In this document: positions 62,065 through 64,000 of the stretch, one piece after another
How the letters are laid out: each line of letters opens with the position of its first letter
Position numbering within the stretch: position 1 is the stretch's first letter
Source of the DNA: a virus
DNA: 64,000 nt
Reading direction: 5' to 3' (one strand)
IMG/VR virus record: IMGVR_UViG_3300042013_000061
Location: 64,001 to 128,000 of that record
Made by a program: the position numbers and the translations under genes
The notes under the pieces: generated by a model
Database searches by the model: none
The model's input: only the letters and a program-made list of their open reading frames with translations
What the model was told of the DNA's origin: nothing

Positions 62065-62897
62065 TGACCCTTCTATCTGTGGACGGCACCAACGCAATCC
62101 ACCGGGCACACCATGCCGTCAAATACATGGAACACAAGGGCACTCCAACGAATGCAATTATCGGATTCTTTGCAATTCTGAATTCGAATTTGCGATTGAT
62201 CGGCGCGAAGAAATGTCTCGTGACCTTCGACCGAACTGGCGGACAAAACTTTCGTCAAATTCTGCATCCGTTGTACAAAGGCACACGTGACAAAGACCCG
62301 GTGAAGAGTGCTGCGCTCGCAAAGCAGGTTCCAATCATCTGCGATTTGCTAGAAGCGATGGGCATTTCGTTTGTAGGTAAAAAAGATATCGAGGCTGACG
62401 ACATTATCGGCAGCACAGCGGTCAATTACCCGGATGGAATCGCATACATCCTTTCCGGGGATAAAGACTTCGCGCAGGAATTGATTCACAAACACGTTCG
62501 TTTAATCAATCCGAACAAAAAGATCATTGTGTCCCGTAAAAACTGTAAAGAAGTATACGGAGTTCACCCAAAACACATGATTGATTACCTAATGCTTGAC
62601 GGCGATTCGATTGATAACATCGACGGCGTTCCGGGCGTTGGGCCAAAGACCGCAATTAAACTGATTGAAGAGTTTGGAAAGGCTGAAAAGATTCCATTGG
62701 ATCGTTTCCCTCCCAAATCAAAAACTGTAAATGTAACGAAACTGCTAAAGCTTAATCGAAAGCTGGTAACAATCCGTTCCGACCTGTATGATGCAAACAC
62801 GGAATTGGATTTATCAATTTCCAAGATGGACGTGAAGGAATTCACGAAAATCTGTGAACGATACCGATTGAATTCACTTTTGAAGACAATCAGATAA
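62064..62897 (+). CDS. 5'-3' exonuclease / flap endonuclease (Pol I N-terminal-like)
   Basis: VDG...HRA.HA, PTNAI.GF, FR...P.YK..R, EADDIIG, SGDKDF.Q, L.GD..DNI.GVPGVGPKTA. Confidence 0.94.
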   Translation: MTLLSVDGTNAIHRAHHAVKYMEHKGTPTNAIIGFFAILNSNLRLIGAKKCLVTFDRTGGQNFRQILHPLYKGTRDKDPVKSAALAKQVPIICDLLEAMGISFVGKKDIEADDIIGSTAVNYPDGIAYILSGDKDFAQELIHKHVRLINPNKKIIVSRKNCKEVYGVHPKHMIDYLMLDGDSIDNIDGVPGVGPKTAIKLIEEFGKAEKIPLDRFPPKSKTVNVTKLLKLNRKLVTIRSDLYDANTELDLSISKMDVKEFTKICERYRLNSLLKTIR

Positions 62898-62956
62898 ATG
62901 TGTAGATAACTACATAAACCACGGCAATACGCCAACCCTAGAAAGAGAGAAAAATC

Positions 62957-63532
62957 ATGACCGCACCAATCGTTAAAGTTTCGAAAGCTGTTGCCGCCGC
63001 CACCAAACTGCTGGCCGCTCGCACCGACGCACTGACCGCTGCAAAAGCTGACCTGACCGCTGCCAACGCTACCGCCAAGCGTCAAAGCAAACTGGTTCTT
63101 TCTGCACCGAAAGTTGTCGCCACCGTTCAAAAGAACGCTCAAGCTTCCATCGAAGGTTTCACCCAAGCCGTTGCCGTTCTGACCACCGAAGTTGCCGATG
63201 CAAAAGCTGCACTGGCGCTGGTAATCAAAACCGAACGTGACGCCGCGACCGCTGCTGCAAAAGCTGCAAAAACTCTGCAAGCACAAAAAGATCGCGATGC
63301 AAAAGCTGCACAGCGTCTGGCCGACAAAGCTGCAAAAGCTGCGCCGGTTGTTGTTGCCCCGGTTGCTGCTCCTGCTGTTAAAGGCGCACCGAAAGCCAAA
63401 GCTGCAAAAGCTGCTGCCCCTGTTGCTGCTGTGAAGGCTGCACCGAAAGCAAAAGCTCCAAAAGCCGCTGCTGTTGCCCCGGTCGCCAAAGCTGCACCGA
63501 AAGCAAAAGTTGCCAAGGCTCCAAAAGCCTAA
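62957..63532 (+). CDS. Ala/Lys-rich histone H1/AlgP/PhaF-like protein
   Basis: Coiled-coil N-terminus then KAAPKAK repeats; own terminator. Confidence 0.75.
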   Translation: MTAPIVKVSKAVAAATKLLAARTDALTAAKADLTAANATAKRQSKLVLSAPKVVATVQKNAQASIEGFTQAVAVLTTEVADAKAALALVIKTERDAATAAAKAAKTLQAQKDRDAKAAQRLADKAAKAAPVVVAPVAAPAVKGAPKAKAAKAAAPVAAVKAAPKAKAPKAAAVAPVAKAAPKAKVAKAPKA

Positions 63533-63560
63533 GCAATTCGCTTTACTGGCAATGAAACCG

Positions 63561-63589
63561 AAAGCGGCCTAGAAATAGGTCGCTTTTTT
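63561..63589 (+). terminator. Rho-independent terminator
   Basis: AAAGCGGCCTA-gaaa-TAGGTCGCTTTTTT. Confidence 0.85.
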
Positions 63590-63609
63590 ACTTTCCAGCG
63601 GGGAAAAAT

Positions 63610-64000
63610 ATGATTAACGCTAGCGGAATCATCAAAGATATTCTGAACGGCAAGCTGACTTACACCGAATTGCTGCGCGACGTAACGACTATGCAGCAGT
63701 TGAGTTCAAACGTTGTCGATTTCAATTTCATCGTTAACCAATTCCTTGCAATGGGTTGCCGCCTGATCCTTAATGGCGAGAACGTACAGGTTGTTCCGAA
63801 CGATGCAAAGATTCATCCGACCCCACCTGATTTCATGCGCATTCGTCCAAGCGAAGCGCTGCCCCTCATTCGTAGCGAACCGTTTGCCTTCTTGCCAAAT
63901 TGGGACAAGGTTTACGCTCGTTTAGAAATCATGCTTCAAAGCAAAGGCCCGCAGCCGATGACGACTGCACCTTTCCGCGAAATCCTGAGCATGAAATCTA
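63610..64000 (+). CDS. Hypothetical protein (5' part; runs off the right edge)
   Basis: ATG 63610 (MINASGIIKDILNGKLTY...), open to the end of the window. Confidence 0.6.
   Translation, partial: MINASGIIKDILNGKLTYTELLRDVTTMQQLSSNVVDFNFIVNQFLAMGCRLILNGENVQVVPNDAKIHPTPPDFMRIRPSEALPLIRSEPFAFLPNWDKVYARLEIMLQSKGPQPMTTAPFREILSMKS

Overview
A 64-kb segment of a large lytic dsDNA myophage (jumbo-phage type; gene content and style recall Lu11/PaBG/RSL1-like phages, which I cannot confirm without a search). Genes are densely packed, on the minus strand from 1 to about 49.2 kb and mostly on the plus strand after that. The window holds a near-complete bacterial-style replication/recombination set: family A DNA polymerase with an N-terminal UDG-like domain, beta clamp, DnaX clamp loader, primase, SF2 helicase, SbcC/SbcD, RuvC-like resolvase, Cas4-like nuclease, GyrB/GyrA-like topoisomerase II and a stand-alone 5'-3' exonuclease. 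It also has virion/late genes (tail sheath 5' part, probable neck/head proteins), a 2008-aa SNF2 ATPase and two histone-H1-like proteins, one with 8 AT-hooks. Two strand-oriented promoter-like motifs (CTGTAAA before replication/accessory genes, TAATTTA before structural genes) and a recurring bipartite terminator hairpin are visible directly in the DNA. The most unusual observations: (i) a small-gene cassette between sbcD and sbcC with a stand-alone tail-sheath C-terminal domain, two LysM proteins, a protein carrying an exact 10-aa copy of the EF-Tu N-terminal motif and a Pth2-like hydrolase; (ii) Lys-rich tails on most DNA-handling enzymes; (iii) a degenerate DnaC-like protein coupled to a J-domain protein; (iv) a structured ~600-bp intergenic region ending in a Pro/Arg-rich micro-ORF. 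No tRNA, rRNA, CRISPR array or integrase was recognised. All family calls come from reading motifs by eye, not from database searches.
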